A stretch of DNA of 64,000 bases from Eledone cirrhosa (GCA_964016885.1 OZ024762.1:26288001-26352000); one strand, 5' to 3'. Shown: positions 17,600 through 30,827, numbered from the stretch's first letter. The notes: generated by a model from the sequence alone, not told the origin. Translations and numbers: made by a program.

Positions 17600-19060
17600 T
17601 CGATCTCCATTTCAGTTCTGGTGGGGATGTTAGGTGGGAGTGGGGAAACATTTTAATAAGACGCGGTTAATAGGTTTTTGACAGAGGTTGCCAATATCCT
17701 ACGAAAACTGTTTTTTCAATTTCTGATAGGTTTCTATCGAAACCCTTATTAGTTTTAGGTGTGGAGACGATTCTGCTTTGACGAAAGTTTTGCCCTCCGT
17801 CTCTGCCTTGAGGTTTTGGGAGATGACCTCCATCAAACTCTTTTTGTTTGTGTTGATGTATGCGTATTGTTGCTTGTGTTTTTGTTGTGTTGTTATAGTT
17901 TGTTGTTCGTCCGGGAGTTTTCTTTTTATGGTGGGTGCTTGTGTTTGGGGTGGTGTTGGTGTTGGTGTTTGTGTTGTTGTTGTTTCTGTGGTTGTGTGTT
18001 GGTGTTGGTGTTGGTGGTTGTGTGTTGGTGTTGGTGTTGGTTTGGTGGTTGTGTGGTGTCTCTTTTTTTTGTTTTTTAGATTTCCGAGGCTCTCCTTCTT
18101 CTTCACTTAAAGAAGGAGAAGCAGCCTCATCTGTCGGTGAATAATCATCGTCAGGAGTGTGGGATAGGAGTATTTGTATGGTGGTGGTATTTCGGTGTGT
18201 GTTTGTGGTAGTGTTTGATGGAGTGGGATGGGGTGGGACTGTGTTCTTCAGGTGTCTTGTCTGTATTTTTTCTGATGTTGCTGGTTGAGTGGCTGTTTGT
18301 TTTTGGTGTGATTTCTCGTTTCGTCTGTCGTTGTACTTGTGGTGGTGGTTGTTTTGGTGTTGGTGTTGGTAATAGTGTTTTTTTTAATTATGTCGTTGTG
18401 GTGTGTTTGTGAAGGACAGGAGGCTTGTGAAGGACAGGTTTGTGAATGCTTTTAACACCATTGGTGTGACAGAATGTTTTTGGGCGAGTGCCTCGCTTTT
18501 AAACAGTACGGAAACAATTCCGTACTGTTTTCCTCGTTGGAGAAAGTCAATATTTGCTAGAGTCTCCTTGAATGTGGCTTCTATATCTCCTTGACTAACA
18601 AATATCGGCTTTCTCGTTGTGTTGGAGACAGTCCTAAAGGTCACTGTCCTTCTCTTTTTTTGTTCACTGTTTCAGCGAAAGGCATTTTTTTCTGTGTGGT
18701 GTTGCTGTTGTTGTTGTTGTTGTAGTTCTCCTTGTTAGCCTCCGTGTTGGAAATCTCAATTTCTTGACGAGGTGAAACTTTATGTGTAGATGTATCTATG
18801 GAGTTGTTGTTGTTCTCTTTTTCATGTGTATGTAAGTTAATAGGTTTAATTCCTGTGTTTTCCTGTGGGTTATTGTTATTTTACTCCGCTTCGACGGTAG
18901 AAATTTTAAAATCTTCAAGTGGTAATATTTGTTTCTCTTTGTTGACAGTCGTATCTATGGCGACGTCCATAGTAGCAGAAGCAGATATAACGTTAATATC
19001 TGCCTCTCTACCTCTCTTCTCTTTGTCGACGTTCTCCAGCGTTCTTTCCTTGCTATTCAT
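17600..19060 (-). pseudogene. Tx1 A ORF1 remnant, internally deleted (no zinc knuckle seen)
   Basis: Fragments TFRTVSNTTRKP..LQRGKQYGIVSV and QYAYINTNKK..PHLKLIRV are homologous to ORF1 of copies B and C. Confidence 0.75.
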
Positions 19061-19296
19061 GTTTTATAGTTGGCAAAATTTGATATTTTAAAACAATTTT
19101 TAAATTAAATGTTCGCCCCTAAAGGGGCGGAAAATGGGATTACCACCCAGCTGACAATTCAGCTTGGGGGTTAATCTACAAAATGATACGTGTTTTTCAA
19201 ACAATTAGTTCGGTTTTTTGCATAGAAATTAACAAAAAGTCTTACCGGCGATGTTCTACGCGTCAGGCAGATAAAGAGATAGATAGATAGATAGAT

Positions 19297-19476
19297 TTCT
19301 TTATTAGCCACAGGGGCACAAAAGAAGGGGACAAATACAAAGGGGGAAGTTTACATACAATAAAAACGTGTAAAATGTTATCACAGATGGAATTTAAAAG
19401 TTAGTCGATTTTCCCCAATAGAGGGAGACAGTTTATATGGGTAACACATACCCCCGAAAAAAAATGTGCAACCCTC
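19297..19476 (-). mobile_element. 5'-truncated Tx1 insertion (3' UTR only, about 180 bp)
   Basis: Homologous to the 3' UTRs of B (19506-19685) and C (25117-25290). Flanked on both sides by (GATA)n. Confidence 0.88.
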
Positions 19477-19736
19477 ATAGATAGATAGATAGATATATAG
19501 ATAAATTTCTATTTATTTGCCACAAGGGCACAAAAGAAAGGGACACATACATGCGGGGTGGGGGTTTACATAGAAATCGAGTAAAAAAATGTAATAACAA
19601 ATAAAATTATAACAAAAAGGTCCTCAATAGGGAGGGATCGTTTTGGGGTCACACACAACCCCGAAAAAAAATGTGCGACCCTTCTCTACGGGAGCACAAA
19701 GAGAGGGTGATCCCTTCTTCCTTCATCCTTTTCCAC

Positions 19737-22700
19737 CTACAGGCTGATATAGAGAGAAGGCCCATTCACATGGGCCATTCTCGCAACTTTCACCCACCTT
19801 TCATAAAACTGGCTGGGGTGGAGCACCTCTCTCTCCATCCTGATCCTTCTTCCAAAATGGTATCGGAAGAAAAGGACCAGTTGTTGGCCGGAAAGAAAGG
19901 TGTCCGACCTCAGCCCTTTTAGACCCGTGCACCATACAACCTCTTTTACCATGGCTATTACACAGAGGAAGACCGCCTCTCCCTCATTTTTGAAGGGGGT
20001 GGCGGCTTGATCGTTACAATGGACTCGGTGGTCAACTTAAATGGTCCCACCCGTGACAGCAGTTGTTCGACATAGCCCCACAGATCGGTAACGCCCTGGC
20101 AGTGTACCAATGCGTGCGCGACGGTTTCCTCGTCGCACACGCATCTGGGACAGATCTTTTTCGAGGGGTCCCTACCCGGGCGCCCGTGTCTGTAGAGCTT
20201 ATCCCGAACGGGACCCCTCGGTAGCACTGCCAGGCCAAGGACTTCTGGCAGTTGTCCATAGGTCCCGGGCCGAAAGTCCTACCGAATAGGCTGGCCAGTT
20301 CGTCCTCCTCCATGCCTAGGATTTCTCCGAGGGCGTCGTCACACCTGCTAACCATAAGCCCTCTATAGAATGACGAGCTGGAGTCTTCACCGATAGCCGG
20401 GTCCACCTGCCAGAGAGCCGTGAGCGCCTGGGCACACTCGGTGTGCCAGTCGCCCCGTTTTCTCGGTCTTTGCTTCACCCAGGACTGCAGCACGGTGAGC
20501 TAGACGAGCCTGGGGAAGGCTCGCCTCACAAACGGGGCCCACACTGGTTGACAGGTGAGGAATACCTGGAGGTGCCGTAGCCTCAATGCGTGTTTACACA
20601 TTTTTAGCCACGGCATCCGCAGCCCTCCTTTCAAAGGGTGTTGACAGCAGATGGATCTCCTCACCAGGGGAGACCACTTCTTCCAAAGGAAGTGAAAGAG
20701 AGCGCGCTCCATTTTGTCGAGGATCTCAAGCGGTAATAGATGACGGACGCTATGTAAGCTTTCGCCACCTCCGCCCGACCTTTCAGGGATAGTTTGCACT
20801 CGACCCACTTCTGGGTCAGTGCAAGCACCCTATTCGTCACCTCACCCCAGTTTTTCTCCACCTGGATGTCCGGTCCGAACAAGACCCCAAGCCACTTCAC
20901 CGGGCCCTCCGTTCACCGTCCGACGATACCGTCGGACGACATCGGTTTGCCCCTCCACTCGCCGAGTTGCAAAGCGACTGACTTGTCCCGGTTCAGCTTA
21001 GCCCCTGTCAACCTTTCGTACTCCTCCAGTAAGGTGCCGATTGCCTCGATTTCCGCGGTGGTCGACACCATTACTGTTACGTCATCGGCGTAGGCCGACA
21101 CCGCTTTGCGCAATCCCGGTTCCAAAGGGATGCCCTGCAACAACTCCAATTTCCGCAGTAGTGGCTCGAGAGCCAATACATACAGAAGGGATGAGAGAGG
21201 GCAACCCTGTCGGATGGAGCGGGTGATTTCGAACGGCTCCGAGATGTAGCCGTTCACCTTGACTCTAGAGCAGATGCGGCTACTATGTATGGCAGTGATC
21301 CAACCCCTGAAAACGGGTCCGAAACCAGCCGCCACTAGCACCGCATCCAGGTAACCATGGTCCACCCTACCGAAAGCTTTAGACTGATCTAAATTTATCA
21401 GGGCCCCACCAAAGCCGGGTTCGTTCCCAACCCTCTCTATGATGTATCGCATGAGGTGGAGGTTGTCGTGGATGGACGTGGACGGGATAGCACATGTCTG
21501 CGCATCTCCCACCAGGGCCCCCACGACAAGTGCCAACCTCTTCGCTAAAACCTTGGCCAAAATCTTTAACTCTGCATTTAGCACAGTTATGGGCCTAAAA
21601 TTACTAATATCATCTCCCTTGTTCTCGTCCTTCCTCACTAGCGAGACTACGCCCTTGGTCACAAAACAGGGAATTCTCCAGTTCTGTTGCCAGTTGCAGT
21701 AGACCGCCTCGAGGAGATCGGGGAACAAGTCCGGCATATTTATATATAGTTCGTAGGGCAGACCATCGAGGCCTGGAGATTTTACGTTTGCCGCATAAGC
21801 TCAGCACGTCCCCTATTTCAGCAGCTGAGATCGGCCCGTCGCAGGATATCGCCTCCTTGTCTGAAAGACGCAGCAGGCCGTTGAGGTATGGACCGAAATT
21901 CATATCCCCAACTGGCCCCCCGCCCCTCCCGAACAATCGAGCAAAGTGCCTTTGAAACGCCTCGCACATTTGCTTAGGTTCAAGGATCACCCGTCCATCT
22001 TGGTCTCTCAAAGACCGGATAGTGGATCTAATCCCACTTTTGGCTTCTGTCACGCGGGCCCAGCTAACAGCTTTAGTCCCCTCGTTTCCCAGAGCACGTA
22101 TTTTGCTTCGGACAACGCAGCCTTCGTGTTTCGCGTCGAAAAACTGGCTCAAAGCCGTTCTCGACGCTTGCACTCTGGCCACGTTGCCGCTTCTCATTGC
22201 CTCTTCAACATTAACTACAAACTCCCTTTCATTCCTATTTCTATCTGAGGCTAACTCCTTACTAACTCCTATTGAAACTACTTACTCTAATCTCTCTTTT
22301 CAGAGAGCACCACCACCTGCTGTTGACGATGGCGCCCGTAAACCACTCCTTAACTACGGTTCTAATCCGGTCCCTGTAAGCTCTACTTGCCGGTAAGGAC
22401 AAGTTGAGCTTCCAGTAACCAGGTCCCTGCCTATGCGATCTATCAAGGTGGACTATTCAGGTCACTAACTTGTGGTCTGAATAGCCCACCATGAGCATTT
22501 CTGGACAACTTAAAATGTCCCTATCCTTAATTCTAACTAAGAACCTATGTAGGTACGATCTAGATTGACCGCCATGGTTTGTCCAAGTCCAGGTTGGCAC
22601 AGTCGGAAAATCTAGTCGATATCTATCGGCCAGGTCAAATCGGCTGATTAACCCTTTGAGGTTGTTACCCCCCCCCCTCTATGGGGACATGCCCCTACAT

Positions 22701-23154
22701 AGTCCGAACGTGCATCTAGGATACCATTCCAGTCCCCCACTAAAAGCAAGGAGCGGGACACCCCTCGAAAAATCTCCAGACGATGGAAGAAGTCCGACCG
22801 CATTGCACCAAAAGGGGCGTAAACGGTGACCAGCCTAAAAGCTTCGCCTTCACCACTGCCAAGGTCCAGAACCACTAGTTGACCCTTCGGGTCCATGTGT
22901 ACCATCTGTGTAGCGATACCCAGATGTTTTTGCAGCAGAACGATAACCCCACCCCCACCTCCGGGCTGACAGAGAGATGCGTGCATCTCAAAGTCATCAA
23001 AGGTGGGGGATAGTTGTTGCACGCTGCTGATCCGGGCCTCGCAAATAACCATCACATTTATACATCGTGACCTGAGGTCATTTAGAAGCATTGCTTGCTT
23101 CCAAGGTGAGCCCAGGCCACGCGCATTTAGACAACCTAGTCTTAACACAGCCAT
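19737..23154 (-). pseudogene. Tx1 B ORF2 (APE-RT), disrupted
   Basis: MAVLRLGCLNARG, GDWNG, RQGCPLS, YADD and CPRC..HAL..C in collinear broken frames. Confidence 0.92.
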
Positions 23155-23179
23155 GTTGGTGGTAAAGAAAGAGGCACTT

Positions 23180-24829
23180 ACCTCTCTGCGTGTCGGGGTC
23201 CGGGCTGTTCAGTTTCCATGGGGGTGGTGGATGGGTTGTTGGGTGGGGTGGGGGTATTAGTGTGTGGTGGGGTTGGGGTATTTGGAGTTGTGTGGGTGTC
23301 TGAGGAGGGGGATGGGTAACCTTTTAAGAGAAAGCTGTTAAACGGTTTGTTACAGGGGGCCCCACGTCCTCTTTATAAACGTTTTTTAAAGTTTAATAAA
23401 TGTTCATGGGGACCTTTATCATTTTGAGGTGTGGAGAGTCATCCACTGTCTTAAAATTTGGCCCTTCGGTGCAAACCGAAGGGTTGCTGTTTATTATATC
23501 GAGCAGTTTTTTGTTTTGTTTGTTGATGTAAGTGTACTGTAATGTTTTTTTCTGTGACGCTGTTAGTGTTGTGTAATGGGGTGGGGTGCTTTGTGTTGTG
23601 TTGGTTTCTTCTGTGTGTGTTTGGTTTCTGTTAGTGGTATGTTTCCTTCTTTTCCTTTTTACTGGTCGGAACGGTTCTCCTTCATCTTCGCTATGCTCCG
23701 ATGTAAGGAGGTTTTCGTCCGCGTTCGGGGGTAGGGGGATATTTTGTGGTAGTGTTGTGTTGGTGTGTGTATTTTTGATTGTTTTCTGTGTGGGGTGGGT
23801 GGGTGTGACTGTGATTTGTTTCGTGGTATTTTGTTTTTGTTGTTGTTGTGGTGGTGCTAGAGGTGGTGTTGTTGGTTTTTGTTGTTGTGGTGGTGATGGT
23901 GGTGTATTTTGTTGTTTTTGTGGTGGTGGTGTTGGTTGTTTTTGTTGTTGTTGTGGTGTTTGTAACAGTGGTTTTTTTGTTGTTAGTAGAGGGCAGGCAG
24001 TCCTCAGGTGACCTCTGCCAGCGCAGTGGTAACATGAGAGCTTCCTGCCTTCCACCGTAATATTAATAAAGGTTCGACCAACCAGTAGTACTCGGTCGGG
24101 TATTCCGGCGATTCTCTCTGGTGTCATCTTTATGAGAACCTCCAGACTTTTCCCCCCGAACAGTCCACTGGTGGACTCACCTGCTGATTCTAGAATGTCC
24201 GTTTCTAGGTCCGTGAATCCTGTCAGGACGGACCAGATGTCCACTTCTGGCGTTGAGCTCCACATTCTTAATCTTTGTGTTCTTCTTCCTTCATATGTGG
24301 GGAAGAAGGTGTATTGTGGTGAAACTATAGGTGCCACCGAGCATTTTCGAGCCAGCATTTGGTCCTTAATTCGGACCATAATGCTGGCATAAAGCTTTCC
24401 TCTTTCAATAAAGAGTATGTCCTTTTTAATGTCTTTCAGAACCAGCTCAATTTGACTTTCTGTCAATTGAGCTGGTTTTCTTGTTGCGTTGGATATAGTC
24501 CTGAAAGTTATAGTATTCCTATATGCCTGTTGACTAACTTCTTCTGGGGTGTTGATCGTAAAAGAACCATCCTCCCCAAAAGATACGTATTTTCTGGCAT
24601 TTAGTACGTTTTGCTTAGCGTTAGTAATGTCTATGGGTTTGTATTCGATCGTTTTTTTGACCGTTTGGGCAAAAGAAATGTTGCTGTCTTTGTTGTTTTC
24701 GTTTCGTTCATTGTTGTTTGTTGTTGCAATGTTGTTGGTTTTATTAATTCCATTTGTTGTGGTACTTTTGTCCCTGTTATCTTTTTAAAAATTTGGGTTT
24801 TCACTCAAATTAACAGTGTTTTTTTCCAT
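23180..24829 (-). pseudogene. Tx1 B ORF1 (gag-like, CCHC knuckle), disrupted
   Basis: 357-aa open segment at 23393-24466 with CX2CX4HX4C, a Pro/Gln/Thr-rich linker and a KRKRRK basic patch. Confidence 0.85.
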
Positions 24830-25348
24830 TCGAGAGGAGGGGTTATTCAATAGTTTGAATTGTTGTTCCCTCTTTCTCGCTTTATTTGGTGGGCGTGGCG
24901 TTAGCTTGCAATATGGCTTCCTCGTTTTTAACGATATCAATAAACATTTTAAATTAAAGATTTTCACCCCAAAAGGGGCGAAAATATATTTACCCTACGT
25001 CTACAGTCCCAGACGAGGGGTTAGAATCAACAATAATAACAAAGTAGTAATCCAAAATCGAAGAGCCGATGTGAAAGACGTCCACTATCAACGATAGAAA
25101 GATAGATAGATAGATAAATTTCTATTTATTTGCCACGAGGGCACAAAAGAAGGGGACATTTACACAGTGGGGGAGTTTACATAAATCGAGTAAAGAAAAA
25201 AGGAATAACAATAATAATATAACAATAAAAAGTCCTCAAAAGGGAGGGGGCGTGTTGGGGATTGCACATACCCCCGAAAAGTGTGCAACTCTTTTCGCGG
25301 GGGAAGCCCAGAGAGGAGGCGCTCCCCCTTTCCTCTTCACTTCTTCAC

Positions 25349-28300
25349 CTACAGAACAATGTAGAGAGAAGGCCCATTTACACGGGCCATTCTCGCTTCT
25401 TTCACCCACCTTTCATAAAACTGTCTGGGACCAAGCACTTCTCTCTCCATCCTGATTCTTCTTCCGAAGTGGTATCGGAAGAAGTAAACCAGGTGATGGC
25501 CGGAGAGAAAGTCACCCGACCTCAGACCTTTCAGGCGCGTCCACCACACAACCTCTTTCATCATGGCTATTACGCACAGAAAGACCGCCTCTGCTTCATT
25601 TCTGAAGGGAGGAGGCGGCTTGATGTTCACCACAGACTCGGCGGTTAATCGAATCGGCGCCACACGCGACAGCAGTCGTTCGACGTAGCCCCACAGATCG
25701 GCAACGCCCGGGCAGTGTACCAGTGCATGCGCAACGGTTTCCTCGTCGCGCACGCATCTGGGACAGATCTTTTTCGCGGGATCCCTGCCCGGGCCCCCGT
25801 GTCTGTAGAGCTTTTCTCGAACGGGCAGAGCCCCCCGGTAACACTGCCAGGCTAGGGACCTCTGGAAGTTGACCATGGGTCCCGGGCCGAAAGTTCTACC
25901 GAACAGGCTGGCCAGTTCGTCCTCCTCCATGCCTAGCGACTCTCCAAGGGTGTCGTCGCCCCTGCTAGCCACCAACCCTCTATAGAATGTCGAGGTGGAT
26001 TCTCCACTGACAGTCGGGTCCACTTGCCAGATAGCCGTGAGCGCCTGGGCACACTCAGTGTGCCAGTTGCCCAGTTTTCTCGGTCTTTGCTTCACCCAGG
26101 ATTGCAGTTCGGTGAGCGAGACGAGCTGTGGGAAGGCTCGCCTCACAAACGGGGCCCACACCGGCTGACCGTTGAGGAATACCTGTAGATGCCGTAGCCT
26201 CAATGCGTGCCTACGCATCAACAGCCACGGCATACCCAGCCCTCCTTTCGAAGGGTGCTGGCAGCAGATGGATCTCCTCACCATGGGAGGCCGCTTCTTC
26301 CAGAGGAACTGGAAGAGCATGCGTTCCATGATGGTGAGCTTTTCCTTGGGGCAAGGCACGACGGTCAGGCGGTAGTAGATGACGGACGCTATGTAAGCGT
26401 TCGTCACCTCCGCCCGACCTTTCAGTGATAGTTTGCACTTGGCCCACTTCTGGGTCAGCGCAAACACCCTGCTCGTCAACTCGCCCCAATTCTTCTCCAC
26501 CTGGAGGTCCGGTCCGAACCAGACCCCGAGCAGCTTCACCGGGCCCTCCGTCCACCGCCCGACGACACCGTCTAACGGCATCGGTTTGCCCCTCCACGTT
26601 CCGAGTTGCAAACCGACTGACTTGTCCTGGTTCAGCTTAGCCCCCGTCAGCCTTTCGTATTCCTCCAGTAGGGTGGCGATCGCCCCGATTTCCGAGGCGT
26701 CCGCCACCATTACTGTTACGTCGTCGGCATAGGCCGAGACCGCTTTGTGCAATCCCGGTTCCAGGGGTATGCCCCGCAGCAACTCCAACTTCCGCAGCAG
26801 TGGCTCGAGAGTCAATACGTACAGAAGGGAGGAGAGGGGGCACCCCTGTCTGATGGATCGGGTGATTTGAAACGGCTCCGAGAGGTAGCCGTTTACTTTA
26901 ATCCTAGAGTAGATGTTGCCACTGTGCATGGCAGAAATCCAGCCCCTGAAAACGGGTCCGAAGCCCGCCGCCGCTAGCACCGCATCCAGGTAACCATGGT
27001 CGACCCTATCGAACGCCTTAGATTGATCCAAGTTGATCAGGGCCCCACCAAAGCCTGGTTCGTAGCCAACCCTCTCTATGATGTATCGCATGAGGTGGAG
27101 GTTGTCGTGAATGGACCTGGACGGGATAGCGCATGTCTGCGCGTCTGCCACCAAACCACCCACCACAAGCGCCAACCTCTTCGCCAACACCTTGGCCAAA
27201 ATCTGTAACTCTGCATTCAGCAGAGTTATGGGCCTAAAGTTACTTAAGTCGTCCCCCTTGCTCTCGTCCTTCCTCACTAGCGTGACCACGCCCTTGGTCA
27301 CAGAACAGGGAATTCTCCCGTTCTGTTGCCAGTTGCAATAGACAGCCTCGAGGAGTTCGGAGAACAAGACCGGCATAGCTAAATAAAGTTCGTATGGTAG
27401 ACCATCGAGACCCGGGGATTTGCGTCTGCTGCATTGGCTGAGCGCTTCCCCGATTTCAGTGGCTGTGATTGGCCCTTCGCAGCACTCCGCTTCGCCGCTC
27501 GAAAGACGCGGTAGACCGTCGAGGTATGGACCGAAGTCCACATCCCCGTCCGGCCCCCCGCCACCTCCGAACAGTCGAGCAAAGTGCCTTTGAAAGGTCT
27601 CGCACATTCGCTCAGGTTCAAGGATCACCCGTCCATCCTGGTCTCGCAAAGACCGAATGGTGGATTTAATCCCACTCTTGGCTTCTGTCACGCGGGCCCA
27701 GCTAACAGCTTTGGTCCCCTCGTTTCCTAAAGCACGTATTTTACTTCGGACAACGCAGCCTTCGTGCTTCGCGTCAAAGAACTGGCTCAATGCCGTTCTC
27801 GTCGCTAACACTCTGGCTACGTCTCCGCTCCTAATCGCCTCTTCTAGTTTATCTGTTAACTCCCTTTCCCTCCTATTTCTATTCGCCGCTAGTTCCTTAC
27901 TGTAACCTATCGAACTTACTCTAATCTCTCTCTTTAGAGATATCCACCACCTACTGTTGACGATCGCTCCCGTCAACCGCATCTTAACTAAGCTACTAAT
28001 CCGGCTTCTGTAATCTTTCTTTGTCGGTAAGGACAAGTTCATCTTCCAGTAACCGGGACCCTGTCTATGCGTTCTATCAAGGTTGACCACGCAGGTCACT
28101 AATTTGTGATCTGAATAGCCAACCATGATCAGTTCTGGACAACTAAATACGTCCCTATCCTTACTCCTAACCAAAAACCTATCTAGGTACGATCTAGATT
28201 GTCCACTGCGGTTTGCCCAGGTCCAGGTTGGCGCAGTTGGACAATCTAGTCGAAATCTATCGACCAGGTCGAATCGATCGAGTAACCCCTTGAGGCTGCT

Positions 28301-28791
28301 ACACCCCCCTCTATCGGGACATGCCCCTGCATAGTCCCAACGCGCATCTAGGATTCCATTCCAGACCCCCACTAAAAGCAGGGAACGCGACGTTCCTAGA
28401 AAAGTCTCCAGACGTTGGAAGAAGTCGGCTCTTTCCGCCCCGAAGGGAGCATAAAGACCGACCAGTCTGAAAGCCCCGCCTTCACCACCTCCGACGTCCA
28501 GCACCAGTAATCGACCCCCCGGGTCCGAGCGAACAATCTGTACGTCGAGAGTCAGACGTTTATCCAGCAGTACGGCAACTCCCCCCCCCCCCCGCCTCCG
28601 GGTTGACAGAGAGATGCGTGCATCTCAAAGTCATCGAAGGCGGGCGCCAGCTGTCTCACGCTGCTGATCCGACTCTCGCAAACAACCATCACATCTATAC
28701 TTTGTGACCTGAGGTCACTTAGAAGCTTTGCTTGCTTCCAAGCTGAGCTCAGGCCACGCGCGTTCAAACAGCCAACTCTCAATTGATCTAT
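25349..28791 (-). pseudogene. Tx1 C ORF2 (APE-RT-zinc finger), one frameshift
   Basis: Open from 28504 to 25349 with YADD. Frameshift in the C-run near 28582-28593. The expected ATG reads ATA, and the catalytic GDWN reads GVWN. Confidence 0.92.
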
Positions 28792-30624
28792 TTTGGTGTT
28801 GAAAGTGAAGAAAGAAAAGCACTTACCTCTCCGGGTTGCGTAATTTCCATGGCATCAGGTGTGTTGGGTGGAGGGATGTTTTGTGGTGGTGTGGGGGTAC
28901 ACGTGTGTGGTGGGGTTGGGGTATTTGGAGTTGTGTCAGGGAGAGGGGCGGTTATGGGGAAATCTTTCAAGAGGACGCGATTCCACGGTTTTAAACAGGG
29001 GGGGCTCACGTCCCGTCTAAATTGTTCTTTTAAGGAACGATAAAGGTCCAGAGGGACCTTTATCATTTTTAAATGGGTGAAGTTCTCTGTTGAGATAAAG
29101 TTTGGCCCTTCGGTCTGCACCATAGGGTTATTGTTTATTAATTTAACCAGTTTTTTGTTTTCTTTATTTATATATGTGTATTGCAACGTCTTTTTTTGTG
29201 ATGCTGTCAATGTTTCGGAGAGGGGAGGCGCAGATTTATTTTTGTTTGTTGAGGGTGGGGTGTTTTTGATTGGAGTTGGTGTTTGTGTGTGGGTTATTTG
29301 TGGTGTGCTGGGTGTGTGTTTTCTTTTTTTTCTTTTAACTTGTCTGAAGGCTTCTCCTCCTTCTTCTTCAGAAGTTGGGGGAAACTCTTCAGCGCTAGGT
29401 GGGAGGGACGTGTTGTGTGGTTGTTTTTTTTTTGCGGGAGGGGTAGATTTGTTACTGTTTTTTTTATTATTTGTTTGGAATGGGTTTTGTGGTGGTGGTG
29501 GTGGTAATGTTTGTGTCGTGCTTGTGGTTGGTGATGGTGGTGGTGATGTTTGTGTTGTGGTTGGTGGTGGTGATTTTTGTGTCGTGCTTGTGTTTGGTGC
29601 TGGTGGTGGTGATGTTTGTGTTGTGTTTGTGGTTGGTGGTGTCTGTATTTTGTTTGCTGTGTGTGGTATTAGTGTATTTTTGGAGGTGGGTGGTGCTGGT
29701 GTACTGTTTGTGGTGGGTGTGGGCAATAGTCCTTTTTGGGGGATACGTTTCGGGCAGTTAGCCTTAACGTGTCCCCTTTCCATGCATAAATAGCATGCTG
29801 GTCTTCTCCCCTCTACAATTATGTCTATTGGGGTAAGGTCATCCAGCCAGATGCGATCCGGGATTTGTGCTATTCTTTCGGGCCTCATTTGGACTAGTAT
29901 GTCGAGGCCCATTCCCAGGAACGCATCTTCAGTTGCCTTCCCCATTGACAGCATAGTGTCTTCGCCCATATCAATGAAGCCAGCAATAGCCCACCAGAAG
30001 TCCATTGTGGGCAGCATTGTTTTTACTTTTACTCTCTGTGTTCTTCTACCCATGTAGGAGGGATAGAAGCTATATGTTGTCGACGAGAGTGGGCTTAGGG
30101 AAAGCTTCTCCGCCGTTTCTTTGTCTCTTGTTAGGACCGAAATGCTGCCATAGAGTCGGTCCTTTCGTATGAAGAGAATATTCTTCATATAGTCTTTTAG
30201 GACTAACTCTATTTCCATTTGGCTGGGCTGTGCTGGCTTTCTTGTCTGGTTCAGTATAGTTCTGTATAGAACTGTGTTTTCTGCTCTGGCTTTCTTGAAT
30301 TCTGGGGGGGGAGTTAATGGAAAACATTCCGTTCTCCCCCAAAACAATGTGTTTCTTTGCTTCGGCCAGTTTTTCTCTGGCGGCAGTTAGGTCAATTGGT
30401 GTGTATGTAATGGATTGTTTTGTTTTCTGGGCGAAAGTTGCCCTGTCGTTATTTGTATTATTTTCTGTTTGTTTGTTTTCTGTTTGCTCATTTTCCTTAA
30501 CATTTGTTTTTTCATTTTGTTTGTTTGTTTCAATGTCTAATTTTGTTGTAGTTATTTTTTGTTCTTCAGACTTGGGGGGCGTGGCAGAGCTAATGGCAGA
30601 CATGTCTGCCATCTTTTCCGCCAT
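28788..30624 (-). pseudogene. Tx1 C ORF1 (CCHC knuckle), one frameshift
   Basis: The MAEKMAD.. frame joins the 519-aa frame at the G-run 30304-30311. Contains CYLCMERGHVKANC. Confidence 0.87.
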
Positions 30625-30827
30625 GCTGCCAAGAAAGAAATTTTTCGGCAAAAATAGATATTTATTTTACCCCCTAAAAAGGGGGTAAATGCAAAAATGT
30701 TTCCCTAAATAACAGGGGTTAGTGTTCCAAATGTGTTGCACTAAAAAATTTATCCGGTACTTACAATAGTAAGGGTAAATCCCGATGGAATAGCGGAGCC
30801 GATGCGAAGCGTGTCTTACTCTATCAA

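Larger units (their letters stand above)
13876..19269 (-). mobile_element. Tx1-clade non-LTR retrotransposon copy A (full span, decayed)
   Basis: ORF1 remnant and ORF2 fragments (APE, RT with YSDD, C-terminal CxxC..H..C). 3' end CCCTTGTGGCTAATAAAGAAATCTA joins (TCTA)n, and the 5' end abuts (GATA)n. Confidence 0.93.
19506..25092 (-). mobile_element. Tx1-clade non-LTR retrotransposon copy B (full length, decayed)
   Basis: ORF1 with CYHCAGRGHLRTAC zinc knuckle and ORF2 fragments including YADD. (GATA)n at both ends. Confidence 0.94.
25117..30827 (-). mobile_element. Tx1-clade non-LTR retrotransposon copy C (full length, few lesions)
   Basis: 519-aa ORF1 segment and 1051-aa ORF2 segment. (GATA)n at both ends. 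Confidence 0.96.

Noticed and set aside
14067-30688. Plus-strand ORFs over Tx1 A-C and minus-strand ORFs over D
   Set aside because: Antisense shadows of GC-rich retrotransposon coding sequence.
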